A stretch of 64,000 nucleotides of DNA from Methanothermococcus sp. SCGC AD-155-C09 (GCA_019561555.1 JAHEQB010000080.1:18399-82398); one strand, 5' to 3'. Counted from the stretch's first letter, positions 1 to 10,470 are shown. Numbers and translations are program-made. The notes: a model not told the origin generated them from the letters alone.

Positions 1-961
1 CTACCTCTTCCTTTAAGTCCCAGGATGTTATTTTATCTCCATCATGTACAAGGGCATTTTTACAATCCTCAATATTGGCATACTTGGATACATAATTATA
101 TATAATATCCCAAAATTCCCTTTGATAGTGGTCCATATCCCTGTCCATACTCTTTTCTATAGGTTCATTTTTATGCTCATTATCAAATTCGTGCTTATTA
201 TTAAGGTTATATTTATCTGAGAGTCTTATTAGATACTTTTTAATTGTTTTTGGAGCATAGTAATATGCCATAGTTCTTAACCTATTGAGGGCCACATCTG
301 GATTCATAACTATTGTAGTGGAGTTTCTTATACTACCTTCAAGTTTATGGGCCTCATCACAGATTATTATTTGGGTTTTTCTATTTACATCGATTTCCTC
401 CTTTATATGATAAAATATACTATTGTTCATAACCACAATATCTGCATCTAAACATTTTATTTTGGATTTTTGATAATCACAGACACAGAATGGACAGTAA
501 TATCTTATATTTTCTCCAACCTTTATGATCTCCTTTTTTGTTCCACATATACATTTAGATTTTTTATTTGGTCTATATTGGCATTTCTTATTTAATTTAC
601 AGAACAATCCATCTGCTTTACTTCCCTTTGATTTACAAAAAAAGTTATTTTTGCCAATAATAAAGGATACTTTTAAATTATGTTTTAACGAACTTAATTC
701 TTCAAAGATTCTTTCCTGCTGATCTATAGTTTCAGTAAGTATTATAATTCTTTTATTTTTTCTTTCTGCAAAGTACATTGCAGGTATTAAATAGGATAGG
801 GTTTTTCCCACTCCAGTTGGAGCCTCAATTATTAAATTTTTCTCCTGGCTTATGCTGTTAAAAATTCCATCCATCATTTTTATTTGTTGGGGCCGTATAT
901 TATGGTATGGAAATTTGTTTTTGCAAAATTCTTTAAATTTATATAGTGATTTATTATCCAT
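1..961 (-). CDS. DinG/XPD-family ATP-dependent DNA helicase (5' part; runs off window)
   Basis: Manual translation from ATG 961 after GGTGG SD: RPQQ Q-motif, EAPTGVGKT Walker A, Cys-rich segment, CDEAH motif II. Confidence 0.85.
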   Translation of the reverse strand, partial: MDNKSLYKFKEFCKNKFPYHNIRPQQIKMMDGIFNSISQEKNLIIEAPTGVGKTLSYLIPAMYFAERKNKRIIILTETIDQQERIFEELSSLKHNLKVSFIIGKNNFFCKSKGSKADGLFCKLNKKCQYRPNKKSKCICGTKKEIIKVGENIRYYCPFCVCDYQKSKIKCLDADIVVMNNSIFYHIKEEIDVNRKTQIIICDEAHKLEGSIRNSTTIVMNPDVALNRLRTMAYYYAPKTIKKYLIRLSDKYNLNNKHEFDNEHKNEPIEKSMDRDMDHYQREFWDIIYNYVSKYANIEDCKNALVHDGDKITSWDLKEEV

Positions 962-1051
962 TGGACCACCAAAATTAGCATTTATTCCCATCATGAAAAT
1001 AATATTTAATTTTCAATAAATAAAAAAATAAATGATATAAAAAAATAATAA

Positions 1052-1522
1052 ACCCTACTCCTACCAACCATTAACTGATAAATATTAAAAACCAACAGGC
1101 TAAGAATAATCTTAAAAACTAGACTTCATTTACTTACAGATATTATAAATCTCAATAGAATTATCTACAACTGAGAAAGGTGTTAATTTTCTTTCTCATT
1201 TTAGAGAGGGATTTATAATATTTAGCCTCCTCACTCTTTATCATATTTTTCCTCTTTATTGGGATGAATACAAAACCCCCTTTCTCCATTTCTTCATGTA
1301 ATCCTCAACTTACGTATCCTTTATCAGATATCTAATATCTTTGATTTTTCTCTCATGTAGAGAGATGATTTCTTTGTTTGCCTTAGAAGGGGCAGTATTC
1401 ATCTACAACTGATTTTATTAACTCTTTTATTTTGTTTATCTTTTTTGTGTATTTTTCTATTGGCGTCATATTTTTATATAAGTTAGTGGTTAGTATATAT
1501 TATTTTTGATGGGAAGTAGGGC
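1052..1522 (-). mobile_element. Internally deleted IS982-family element
   Basis: TIRs ACCCTACTCCTACCAA / TTGATGGGAAGTAGGG; minus-strand fragments SDKGYVS, FIPIKRKNM, RKKINT; related copy at 47894. Confidence 0.7.
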
Positions 1523-1676
1523 ATATTTAAATTTTTTTATTGATTAAATATTTATATAAATATTTTAATTTTATTATTTAATTTTTAAATTATTTTATAT
1601 ATATTGTATTTTATACATTATATCTTATGTATTTTTATAAAAAATAAAAAAACAATTAAATAAACAAGTGAAAGTA

Positions 1677-2168
1677 ATGTACTTTAAAATAAGGGGAATG
1701 AATGATAAGGATATAAATAGAATAGTAGACATAGAGAGGAAATCCTTTGAATATAGTTATCCTCCATCATTAATTATGCAAGTATATACCTCATTTCCAG
1801 AGGGGTTTTTAGTTGTAGAGGAAGCAAGTAGTAAAAAAATAATTGGATATATTATGGGTATCATAGAATGGGGAAATGGCCATATAGTATCCATTGCCGT
1901 GGATAGAGAATATAGGAATAGAGGAATTGGAACCATGCTATTAAATGCCCTGGAATACATTTTATTTAAGAGATACAATATAAATAACATAGTACTTGAA
2001 GTAAGATTTGATAATAAAGTAGCAAGGAAATTCTATTATAGTAAGGGATATGAGGATAAAAGATTATTAAAAAACTATTACGATGATGGTTCAGATGCCA
2101 TATTGATGGTTAAGAAAAACCCCTATATGCCATCTAAAAATAGTCCAATTATAGTTAATATGTGGTAA
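1677..2168 (+). CDS. rimI: RimI/Ard1-type GNAT N-acetyltransferase
   Basis: HIVSIAV..YRNRGIG, LEVR..N..A..FY, YYDDGSDA motifs; ATG 1677 preferred over GTG 1668. Confidence 0.85.
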   Translation: MYFKIRGMNDKDINRIVDIERKSFEYSYPPSLIMQVYTSFPEGFLVVEEASSKKIIGYIMGIIEWGNGHIVSIAVDREYRNRGIGTMLLNALEYILFKRYNINNIVLEVRFDNKVARKFYYSKGYEDKRLLKNYYDDGSDAILMVKKNPYMPSKNSPIIVNMW

Positions 2169-2170
2169 AA

Positions 2171-3511
2171 ATGAAGAGGATAACTATATTTTCTCCTGAT
2201 TACTATACCTACGGTGCCATGATTGTGGGGGGCGTATTAAAGGAAAAATTTAAAAATAAATACAATATAAACCTTGTTAGATCATTAAATAGGGATACAA
2301 TTAATCTCTTTTTAAAATCTGAAGTTGTTATTTTAAGTTTATACTCTACATTGCATATTTTAGATAATAATTTAAAAAAAGCCATCGAAATAATAAGAAA
2401 CTCTATCAAAAATAATAAAAAAATTAAAGTTTATGTTGGGGGCCCTGTATCCTCCTATCCTGAAATCATTCTTAATGAAATGGATGTAGATGGAGTAATA
2501 TTGGATGAGGGGGAGATTACAGTTCCAAATATAATAGAGGGCCATGAGGAGGGCTTAGCATATTTAGAAAATGGGGAGATAGTAATAAATAAACCAAAGG
2601 AAAAACCTGAATTACTATCAAAACCTCTTATACCAAAGGACGTAGGTAATCAAAGTATAAGGGGAGCAAATGTATATATTGAGACCCATAGGGGATGTTT
2701 GGGGAATTGTACCTTTTGTCAGGTTCCAAAGTTTTTTGGAAAGAGGGTAAGAAGTAAGCCATTGGATCTTATATTGGAAGAAATAATGGAGTTTAAAAAA
2801 AAGGGAGTTAAAAGAATAGCCATAAGTGGAGGTACAGGAAACCTCTATAACTTCAAAAAGGATGTAAATAAATCTGCATTTATAGAGATGTTAGAAAGGA
2901 TAGGGAGAATAATTGGGAGTAAAAACCTCTCTGTGCCTGATATGAGGGTAGATTATGTTGATGAGGATACCCTAAGGGCCATAAAAAAATACACTATTGG
3001 CTGGGTATTCTATGGCTTGGAGAGTGGGAGCGATAGAATATTAAAATCCATGAAAAAGGGCGTAAATAGGGAAAAGAACCTTAATGGAATATATTTAGCA
3101 AAGGAGTATAATGTAAAGGTAGGGGGAAGTTTTATAGTTGGTTATCCTGAAGAGAGGGATATTGATTATTTACTTACCAAGGACTTTATTGTGGATGCTG
3201 AGTTAGATGATATTTTTGTATCTATTGCCGAGCCAATACCCAAAACTGAACTATGTAATCTAACCCTTGATACTCCAATTGAGGAGAATTTAACATTTAA
3301 AGTTCATTTAAAGAATTATAGAACTCTTAATTTAACAGAAAGTGAGGCAAGATGTTTTGATCTAATGCTTCATGGTGAAAATTGGAAATCCAACCCATCT
3401 ATCATTACAAAAGAGAGATACTTAGCCTATCTAAATGAGGCTAAAAAACAGGGGGAGGACATAAGAAATATTACAAGGCTAATATTTAAATATAAAAGGT
3501 ATTTATTATGA
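2171..3511 (+). CDS. B12-binding radical SAM protein, MJ0865-like (probable MCR glutamine C-methyltransferase)
   Basis: ETHRGCLGNCTFC CxxxCxxC motif, N-terminal cobalamin-type domain (VGGP), FSPDYYTYGAM start; subfamily assigned from recall. Confidence 0.65.
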   Translation: MKRITIFSPDYYTYGAMIVGGVLKEKFKNKYNINLVRSLNRDTINLFLKSEVVILSLYSTLHILDNNLKKAIEIIRNSIKNNKKIKVYVGGPVSSYPEIILNEMDVDGVILDEGEITVPNIIEGHEEGLAYLENGEIVINKPKEKPELLSKPLIPKDVGNQSIRGANVYIETHRGCLGNCTFCQVPKFFGKRVRSKPLDLILEEIMEFKKKGVKRIAISGGTGNLYNFKKDVNKSAFIEMLERIGRIIGSKNLSVPDMRVDYVDEDTLRAIKKYTIGWVFYGLESGSDRILKSMKKGVNREKNLNGIYLAKEYNVKVGGSFIVGYPEERDIDYLLTKDFIVDAELDDIFVSIAEPIPKTELCNLTLDTPIEENLTFKVHLKNYRTLNLTESEARCFDLMLHGENWKSNPSIITKERYLAYLNEAKKQGEDIRNITRLIFKYKRYLL

Positions 3512-3532
3512 GTAATAATATTAATAGGAATT

Positions 3533-3850
3533 TTGTCATTAAAAAAATTATTTATAATGAATAAAAAAATAAAATATAATAAATAAAAAAATAATTTAAA
3601 AAAAATTAAAAAAATAAAAATAAAAAATAGAAAAATAAAATAAAGTAATTAAAATAAAAATAAAAATATAAGATTTTAAAATACCTAAAAAAGGAATAAA
3701 AACATAAAAAGTAAAAATCCTATTATTGTTTTCCTTAATGCTCTGAGTACTAATAGGATAGGGAAGTTATCCCTAAAGGATGGCATATTTTATCCTTTTT
3801 ATTATTTAAGATAGATTATAAGTTCAAAATATTTATGTACTTAACTTGTA
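3533..3850 (+). mobile_element. IS630-derived MITE, family B (decayed)
   Basis: AGATTTTAAAATACCTAAAAA..AAAGTAAAAATCCTATTATT block shared with other copies; IS630-like right end TTATGTACTTAACTTGTA. Confidence 0.55.
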
Positions 3851-3971
3851 ATTATCTTACATATTTTTAATTATTTATTATTTTTAATATTATTATTTTA
3901 TAAACTTCATTTAATAAAATATATAAATAACTTTTTTTATAGTATTATGACCTACAAAATGGAGGAGTACC

Positions 3972-5057
3972 ATGTGTGGAATTATTGGATTTATAAGTAA
4001 AAAGAAAAGACCAATAAGTGGAGATAAAATTGCTATAGCATTGGATAGTTTAAAGGAGAGAGGAAATGGGCAAGGATCTGGATATGTAGGTTATGGAATA
4101 TATCCAAAATACAAAGATAGTTATGCCCTACATGTTTTTTTAAACAATACGCCAGATTACTATGAAATAATTAGTAAGGTAAAGGACACATTGGAAAAGT
4201 ATGGAAAGGTCATTAAGGATGAAGAGATTCCTACAAATGGAGAGATTTTAAAAAAGGAGTTTATCCCATGGAGATTTTTTTATGATTTCCATTCGTCCTA
4301 TAGGGATATTGAAAATGATTTAATGGTAAATATGGTTATGGAGATAAATGATAAAATTGATGGGGCCTTTGTATTTTCTAGTGGTAAAAACTTAGGAGTA
4401 TTTAAGGCATCAGGATGGCCCATGGAAGTTGCAGAGTTCTATAAATTGGATCAATATAAGGGATATATGTGGTTGGCCCATGCCAGGTATCCTACCAATA
4501 CAAAGGGTTGGTGGGGAGGAGCCCATCCCTTTAATATATTAAATTGGTCTGTTGTGCATAATGGAGAGATTACAAGTTATGGTACAAACAAAAGATACGT
4601 GGAAAGTTTTGGGTATAAATGTAGAATGCTAACAGATACTGAGGTTGTGGCCTATATCTTCGACCTCCTCATTAGAAAACATAAATTGCCTGTGGAGTAT
4701 GCCCTAAGTGCCATTGCTCCAAAGTTCTGGAAGGAGATAGATCTCATGGAGGAGGATGAGAGAAAAATATATGAAAGTATAAGAATGACCTATGGGGGCG
4801 CTGTTTTAAACGGTCCCTTTGCCATAATAGTGGGTACCCATGAGGGTATGGTATTTATGAATGGAGATGTGGAAAAAAACAATACCATGATAGGGATTAC
4901 AGATAGAATAAAACTTAGACCCCTTGTTGTTGCTGAAAAGGATGATTTGGTATTTGTATCAAGTGAAGAGGCTGCCATAAGAAGAATCTGTCCTGAGTTG
5001 GACAAGGTTGAGATGCCTGATGCAGGAATGCCTGTGATTGTTAAAATGGAAAAATAA
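3972..5057 (+). CDS. Glutamate synthase amidotransferase subunit (GltB1-type, class II GATase)
   Basis: N-terminal MCGIIG, HARYPTN, HPF, HNGEI, TDTE. Confidence 0.9.
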   Translation: MCGIIGFISKKKRPISGDKIAIALDSLKERGNGQGSGYVGYGIYPKYKDSYALHVFLNNTPDYYEIISKVKDTLEKYGKVIKDEEIPTNGEILKKEFIPWRFFYDFHSSYRDIENDLMVNMVMEINDKIDGAFVFSSGKNLGVFKASGWPMEVAEFYKLDQYKGYMWLAHARYPTNTKGWWGGAHPFNILNWSVVHNGEITSYGTNKRYVESFGYKCRMLTDTEVVAYIFDLLIRKHKLPVEYALSAIAPKFWKEIDLMEEDERKIYESIRMTYGGAVLNGPFAIIVGTHEGMVFMNGDVEKNNTMIGITDRIKLRPLVVAEKDDLVFVSSEEAAIRRICPELDKVEMPDAGMPVIVKMEK

Positions 5058-5090
5058 TATAAAAAATATTAATTAACAGGAGGAATAAAA

Positions 5091-6623
5091 ATGATACCTT
5101 CAACAGTTCCGCCAAAATATAAAGTGGAAATAAATAGTAATAGATGTATGCTCTGTGAGAGATGTGTAAGGGAATGCTCTTGGGGAGTATATAGAAGGGA
5201 CAGAAACAAAATAGTTACCTACTCCAACAGATGTGGAGCCTGTCAAAGATGTGTAGCCATGTGCCCAAGGGATGCCATTACTGTAAATAAAAATGCAACA
5301 TGTTGGAGAGACCATCCCTTATGGACAAGAGAAGTAAGGGAAGATATTATAAACCAATCCAGGACAGGCTGTATATTATTAAGTGGTATGGGAAATGCCA
5401 AAGAACTTCCAACCTACTTTGATAATATAGTGTTGGATGCCTGTCAGGTAACAAACCCATCCATAGATCCATTAAGGGAACCTATGGAGTTGAGAACCTA
5501 TATTGGAAAAAAACCAAAAAAATTGGAATTTGAATACATCGAAGAGGAAATAGATGGTAAAAAAATTAAAAAAGCAAAATTAAAAACCAATATAGCCCCT
5601 AATTTAAAATTGGAAACTCCAATTATGATAGCCCACATGTCCTATGGAGCCCTATCTTTAAATTCACACTTGGCAATGGCAAAGGCTGCTAAGGAATGTG
5701 GAACATTTATGGGTACTGGAGAAGGGGGATTGCACAGGGCCCTTTATCCCTATGCTAATCATACCATTACACAAATAGCCAGTGGTAGATTTGGGGTTAA
5801 TGAGGATTACCTAATGAGAGGGGCTGCAATTGAAATAAAAATAGGACAGGGATCAAAACCAGGAATAGGAGGGCATTTACCTGGAGAAAAGGTATCTGCT
5901 GAGGTTTCCATGACAAGAATGATACCTGAGGGAAGTGATGCCATATCTCCTGCACCCCATCATGATATTTATTCCATAGAGGACTTAGCCCAGTTGGTGA
6001 GAAGTTTAAAGGAGGCTACAAGATGGAAGATACCAGTATTTGTGAAAATAGCAGCAGTGCATAATGTAGCCGCCATTGCAAATGGTATTGCTACCTCAGA
6101 TGCAGATGCTGTAGTAATTGATGGATTTAAAGGAGGTACAGGAGCCGCCCCAAAGGTATTCCGAGATAATGTTGGAATACCCATAGAATTGGCTATTGCA
6201 GCAGTTGATGAGAGATTGAGGGAAGAGGGAGTAAGAAATGAAGTAAGTATTATTGCCAGTGGAGGTATTAGAAACTCTGCTGATGTATTTAAATCCATAG
6301 CCCTTGGAGCAGATGCAGTATATATTGGAACTGCCGTAATGGTGGCATTAGGTTGTAGGGTTTGTGGTAGATGTTATACAGGTCAGTGTGCCTGGGGTAT
6401 TGCAACCCAGAAGCCTGAGTTAGTAAATAGATTGGATGTTGAGGAGGGAGCCAATAGGGTTGCCAACCTTATCAAGGCCTGGACCCTTGAAATTAAGGAA
6501 TTACTTGGAGCAGCAGGAATTAACTCTATTGAAAGTTTAAGGGGTAATAGGGATAGATTAAGGGGTATTGGATTAAATGATGTTGAACTGGAGGCATTAG
6601 GTATTAAGCATGCAGGGTTTTAG
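5091..6623 (+). CDS. gltB: Glutamate synthase FMN-binding subunit with N-terminal 2x[4Fe-4S] ferredoxin domain
   Basis: MSYGALS, GTGEGG, EIKIGQGSKPGIGGHLPG, SPAPHHDIYSIEDL, CRVCGRCYTGQC. Confidence 0.92.
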   Translation: MIPSTVPPKYKVEINSNRCMLCERCVRECSWGVYRRDRNKIVTYSNRCGACQRCVAMCPRDAITVNKNATCWRDHPLWTREVREDIINQSRTGCILLSGMGNAKELPTYFDNIVLDACQVTNPSIDPLREPMELRTYIGKKPKKLEFEYIEEEIDGKKIKKAKLKTNIAPNLKLETPIMIAHMSYGALSLNSHLAMAKAAKECGTFMGTGEGGLHRALYPYANHTITQIASGRFGVNEDYLMRGAAIEIKIGQGSKPGIGGHLPGEKVSAEVSMTRMIPEGSDAISPAPHHDIYSIEDLAQLVRSLKEATRWKIPVFVKIAAVHNVAAIANGIATSDADAVVIDGFKGGTGAAPKVFRDNVGIPIELAIAAVDERLREEGVRNEVSIIASGGIRNSADVFKSIALGADAVYIGTAVMVALGCRVCGRCYTGQCAWGIATQKPELVNRLDVEEGANRVANLIKAWTLEIKELLGAAGINSIESLRGNRDRLRGIGLNDVELEALGIKHAGF

Positions 6624-6813
6624 TTTATTGAGAAACAAAAAAAATTAAAAAATAAAAATATAAAAAAATTTTAAAATAAATAATTTAAAAAATAATTAAA
6701 GGAAAAAATAGACTTAATATTTTATTATTTAATATTCATATCTATATTTAAATTTATTATTTATTTTTTATTATTTATTATTTTATTATATTTCATTTAA
6801 AAAAGGTGAAATT

Positions 6814-7614
6814 ATGAATAATAATGGAGAAGAGGAAATTAGGGAGGTAATAATAGATGCCAAGGATATGGAATATAGGGAATTAAATGAAAAAATCCAT
6901 GAGGTAATTAATAAAAACCCCAACTTAAAGAAGATTATTTTAAAAAATGTATTGGGCCAAAGATTTATTGGAAATGGTATTGAAAAAAAGGATTTAACAA
7001 TAGAAATCCATGGCGTCCCAGGGGGGGACCTTGGAATGTTTATGAGTGGCCCAACTATTATAGTATATGGAAATACAGATCATGCTCCAGGAAATACCAT
7101 GGATGATGGCACTATTATTATTCATGGAAATGGTGGAGATGTGACTGGCCATTCAATGAGAGGGGGAAGGATATTTGTAAGGGATAATGTAGGCTATAGA
7201 AGTGGTATTCATATGAAGGAGTATATGGATAAATTCCCAGTACTAATTATAGGTGGCACAGCCAAGGATTTTTTGGGGGAATATATGGCAGGGGGACTTA
7301 TATTGGTGTTGAATATAGATAGTGAAGGGAATGATCTTGGAAAAATTAAGGGAAAAATGATTGGAACAGGTATCCATGGAGGAGCCATTTATATAAGAGG
7401 GGATATAGATAACTCTCAACTTGGTGTGGCTGCAGATATTAAGGAATTTACTGAAGAGGATAGAGAAAAAATAAAGACCTACATAGAGGAATTTTGCAGT
7501 ATATTTAATTTAGGGGATGAAATAAAGAAAAAATTGATAGAGTCCCAATATACCAAGATAGCACCAATATCAAAGAGGCCATTTGGTAGGTTATATACTC
7601 AGGATTTAAGATAG
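6814..7614 (+). CDS. Glutamate synthase GXGXG beta-helix subunit (GltB3-type)
   Basis: Repeated GXGXG turns, GEYMAGG, GTGIHGG; operon context. Confidence 0.85.
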   Translation: MNNNGEEEIREVIIDAKDMEYRELNEKIHEVINKNPNLKKIILKNVLGQRFIGNGIEKKDLTIEIHGVPGGDLGMFMSGPTIIVYGNTDHAPGNTMDDGTIIIHGNGGDVTGHSMRGGRIFVRDNVGYRSGIHMKEYMDKFPVLIIGGTAKDFLGEYMAGGLILVLNIDSEGNDLGKIKGKMIGTGIHGGAIYIRGDIDNSQLGVAADIKEFTEEDREKIKTYIEEFCSIFNLGDEIKKKLIESQYTKIAPISKRPFGRLYTQDLR

Positions 7615-7619
7615 GAGAG

Positions 7620-7977
7620 ATAATTAGGCAATGAAATAAAAATAAAAATAAATAAAAAAAGAATAATAAAAATGAAAAATTGTAGTAATATAAAAAACAA
7701 AAATAAATAAAAAAAATAATTTAAAAAAAATTAAAATAAAAAAATAAATATAATGAAAAATATAAAATAGGAAAACAATCTAAATCTAGGATATAAGAGA
7801 AAAGTAAAATACTTAAAGACATAAGAGAAAAAAATAAGCACTTAGAAAGTAGAAACTCCATGTGCTATCCACCCTCTCCCTGCTCTCCCAAGCACTGGAC
7901 GTGCAGAGGAAATCCTTTAAGTGTTAAACATTAATACACTTACAACAAGTTTAAGGAATTATGTGTTTTACCATATA
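7620..7977 (+). mobile_element. IS630-derived MITE, family A
   Basis: Core CCAAGCACTGGACGTGCAGAGGAAATCCTTTAAGT; right end AGTTTAAGGAATTATGTGTTTTACCATA; left end degenerate. Confidence 0.7.
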
Positions 7978-8109
7978 ATTAAAAAATTAATATAAAATTT
8001 TATTTTAAAAAAAATTATACCAGGAATATAATTCTAAATAAATCTAAATAAAAAGAATAAACAAATATAACACCCGGGGAAAAAAGGAATTTATAAAATA
8101 ATAAAATAT

Positions 8110-8193
8110 CAACTTTAAAAGGTTAATAACGTCTATATCATTTTTTTAAGATCTCTTAGAAGGTGGATTTAAGGTATTATGTAATTAAATATA
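8110..8193 (+). mobile_element. IS630 right-end fragment
   Basis: TCTATATCATTT..TTTAAGGTATTATGTAATTAAATATA aligns with 42727-42798. Confidence 0.5.
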
Positions 8194-8228
8194 AAAATAA
8201 CTTAAAAAATAAATTAAATGGTGGAATA

Positions 8229-9311
8229 ATGAAGTCCTACTTGAATTTAAAGGAAGAAGTATGGGATAAAAATATATGCTCAGGATGTGGGGCCTGTGTT
8301 GCAGTATGTCCTGTGGATAACATATATTTTAAGGAAGAGAGCCCTGTAAAATTCCTATGTGATGAATGTGCCTGTATTATAGTCCCTGTGGAAAATGAAG
8401 AGCATCCCATGTCTGCCGAGTTTTGTAAAGTTACCCTTTATGATGTATTCTGTGGAGCCTGTTATGATGCCTGTCCAAAAATAAAGGATTCATCAGATCC
8501 TTCTGTTAATGTGGGCATTGGTAAAGTAATAAAAATGTTAAAGGCAAAATCTGGAATTGATTTAAAGAACTTCCAAAATGGTGGGGTAGTAACTGCCCTA
8601 TTGGCCAATGCATTTGAGGAGGGATTAATAGATGGGGCCCTTGTTATGATGGAGGATAGTTGGACCTTGGAACCAGAACCCTATTTAGCCACCTCAAAGG
8701 AGGAGGTTATTAAATCCTCAGGTAGTAAATACAATTGGAATGTACCAATACTTAGGGCCCTTAAAGAGGCTGTAATGGATAGAAAGTTAAGAAGAATTGC
8801 AGTAGTGGGAACTCCCTGCGTAATGGATGCCATTTATCAAATAATGAAATCTGACAATGATCTATTAAAGCCCTTTAAGGATGCTATAAGATTAAAAATA
8901 GGGCTCTTCTGCTTTGAAACTTATGATTACGATAAAATGATAAAAATATTAAAGGAAAACAACATTGAACCCTGGAAAGTTAAAAAAATGGAAATAGAAA
9001 AGGGAAAATTAATAGTAAAACTTATAAATGGAGATATTGTTAAATTTAATTTAAAGGATGTAGAGCATGCCATGAGAATGGGCTGTAAATCCTGCTGGGA
9101 TTTCACAGGAATTACTTCGGATATTTCAGTTGGAAATGTGGGAACTCCTCTAGAGTACTCCACAGTATTAATTAGAACTAAGTGGGGAGAGGGTTTTATT
9201 GATAGGGCCCATAAAAATGGATATATTGAATTTGAAGAGGGAATTAATTTAAAACCCATTGAAAAACTTGTGGAATTAAAGAAAAAGAGGATAAATAATA
9301 ATGAAAAATAA
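8229..9311 (+). CDS. FrhB/FdhB-family F420-binding Fe-S subunit (putative electron input for glutamate synthase)
   Basis: CSGCGACVAVCP, GGVVTALL, GSKY, VGTPC, IGLFC, CKSCWD..SDISVG; ATG 8229 after GGTGG SD. Confidence 0.85.
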   Translation: MKSYLNLKEEVWDKNICSGCGACVAVCPVDNIYFKEESPVKFLCDECACIIVPVENEEHPMSAEFCKVTLYDVFCGACYDACPKIKDSSDPSVNVGIGKVIKMLKAKSGIDLKNFQNGGVVTALLANAFEEGLIDGALVMMEDSWTLEPEPYLATSKEEVIKSSGSKYNWNVPILRALKEAVMDRKLRRIAVVGTPCVMDAIYQIMKSDNDLLKPFKDAIRLKIGLFCFETYDYDKMIKILKENNIEPWKVKKMEIEKGKLIVKLINGDIVKFNLKDVEHAMRMGCKSCWDFTGITSDISVGNVGTPLEYSTVLIRTKWGEGFIDRAHKNGYIEFEEGINLKPIEKLVELKKKRINNNEK

Positions 9312-9407
9312 TATTTATGAAAATAAAATAAAATTAAAAAAATAAATAAAATAAAAAATTACAGTCAAACATATAAAATATTTTAAACTATAATTTACAA
9401 CATAAAT

Positions 9408-10109
9408 GGACGTGTCCACATAAGGCAAACAATATATATAAAAATTACATAAGATATTATTATGTTAAGAGTAAGGGATATTGTAGAGAGATTAAAAATC
9501 TTTAAAAGAAACAAAATACCTATAGAAATTAAAACTCTTGCCATAGCAACTTACATTCAAACATCTTCAGTAAGAAGGACTGCCAGAATTCTTTCAGAGA
9601 TTCATCCAGTCTCAAAAACATCAGTTTGGAACTGGATAAATAAGTTTGAAGAAAAATTATCCATTACAACAGAGGAAAAAGAAAGAAATCTAATAGCGAT
9701 GGATGAAACTATTGTTAAAGCAGGAGGAAAGCGTTATTACGTTTATTCTGCTGTAGATGTTGAGAAGAATGAATTAATTCTAATGAGAGTTTATACAACA
9801 AGAAATTATTTAGCTACGAGATCCTTTGTAAATGAAGTACTGAAGTACTGTAGGGGTAAGGTGAAATTCCTTATAGATCCGCCCATGCTGATTAGTGCTC
9901 TAAAAAGTCTTAATTTAAAGTTTGAACATCAAATCTTTGGACAGAGAAGTTTAGTGGAATCAGTATTCTCTTCTCTAAAGCAGAGGGTAAGGATCTTTTT
10001 CTGTTCTATTACTACTAAAGATCCTGTTAGAAACTGGAACTTCTTTTGTAGGTTATTTGTTCTATATTATAATAAACTGAGGTGGTGTTTATGTTAAGTG
10101 GACAGGTCC
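9408..10109 (+). mobile_element. IS6-family insertion sequence (702 bp)
   Basis: 16-bp TIRs GGACGTGTCCACATAA / TTAAGTGGACAGGTCC; perfect 8-bp target duplication ACATAAAT at 9400-9407 and 10110-10117. Confidence 0.93.
9462..10097 (+). CDS. IS6-family DDE transposase
   Basis: HTH VSKTSVWNW, AMDET, YVYSAVD, LVESVFSSLKQR; lies within TIRs. Confidence 0.9.
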   Translation: MLRVRDIVERLKIFKRNKIPIEIKTLAIATYIQTSSVRRTARILSEIHPVSKTSVWNWINKFEEKLSITTEEKERNLIAMDETIVKAGGKRYYVYSAVDVEKNELILMRVYTTRNYLATRSFVNEVLKYCRGKVKFLIDPPMLISALKSLNLKFEHQIFGQRSLVESVFSSLKQRVRIFFCSITTKDPVRNWNFFCRLFVLYYNKLRWCLC

Positions 10110-10299
10110 ACATAAATAATAAAAAATAAATTAGTAAAAGGATTTTATATTAAATATATCTACTTTACCTTAAACTAAGGTTTATAATGAAGTAGTATTA
10201 TCAAGAAGTATCCTCTCCCTAGTGCTTAGGATAATACAGGGAAAATAAATGGCAGGATTTCTACTTTTTATTATTACTTCTTTTTGATTATTTAAATTT

Positions 10300-10432
10300 T
10301 ATAGTGATGGACATAATGTTTTAAATATAATTAATATATCTTTCAAAAAATTTATAAAGATACATTATTTGCAAAGATGTTAGATTATAAATTTTCAAGA
10401 GATGAGTTTAGAAGTTTATGTGTTAAACAATA
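10300..10432 (+). mobile_element. Short IS630 deletion derivative
   Basis: Left end TATAGTGATGGACATAATG; 3' part (TTATTTGCAAAG..GATGAGTTTAGAAGTTTATGTG) aligns with 42730-42798. Confidence 0.6.
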
Positions 10433-10470
10433 ATATTTTTATTTTTTTCTTGAATATTTCTTATTTTTTT

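Larger units (their letters stand above)
9360..10290 (-). mobile_element. IS630-derived MITE, family B, interrupted by the IS6 element
   Basis: Begins ACAGTCAAACATA..TTTTAAACTATA, resumes after 10117; 10130-10286 closely matches 57430-57572. Confidence 0.65.

Noticed and set aside
3512-3971. NrpR operator (GGAA-N6-TTCC) upstream of glutamate synthase
   Set aside because: No exact match; the GGAA sites present lie in or beside a MITE
8163-8228. GTG-extended N-terminus of the FrhB-like ORF
   Set aside because: The GTG lies in an IS630 end fragment; ATG 8229 has the SD
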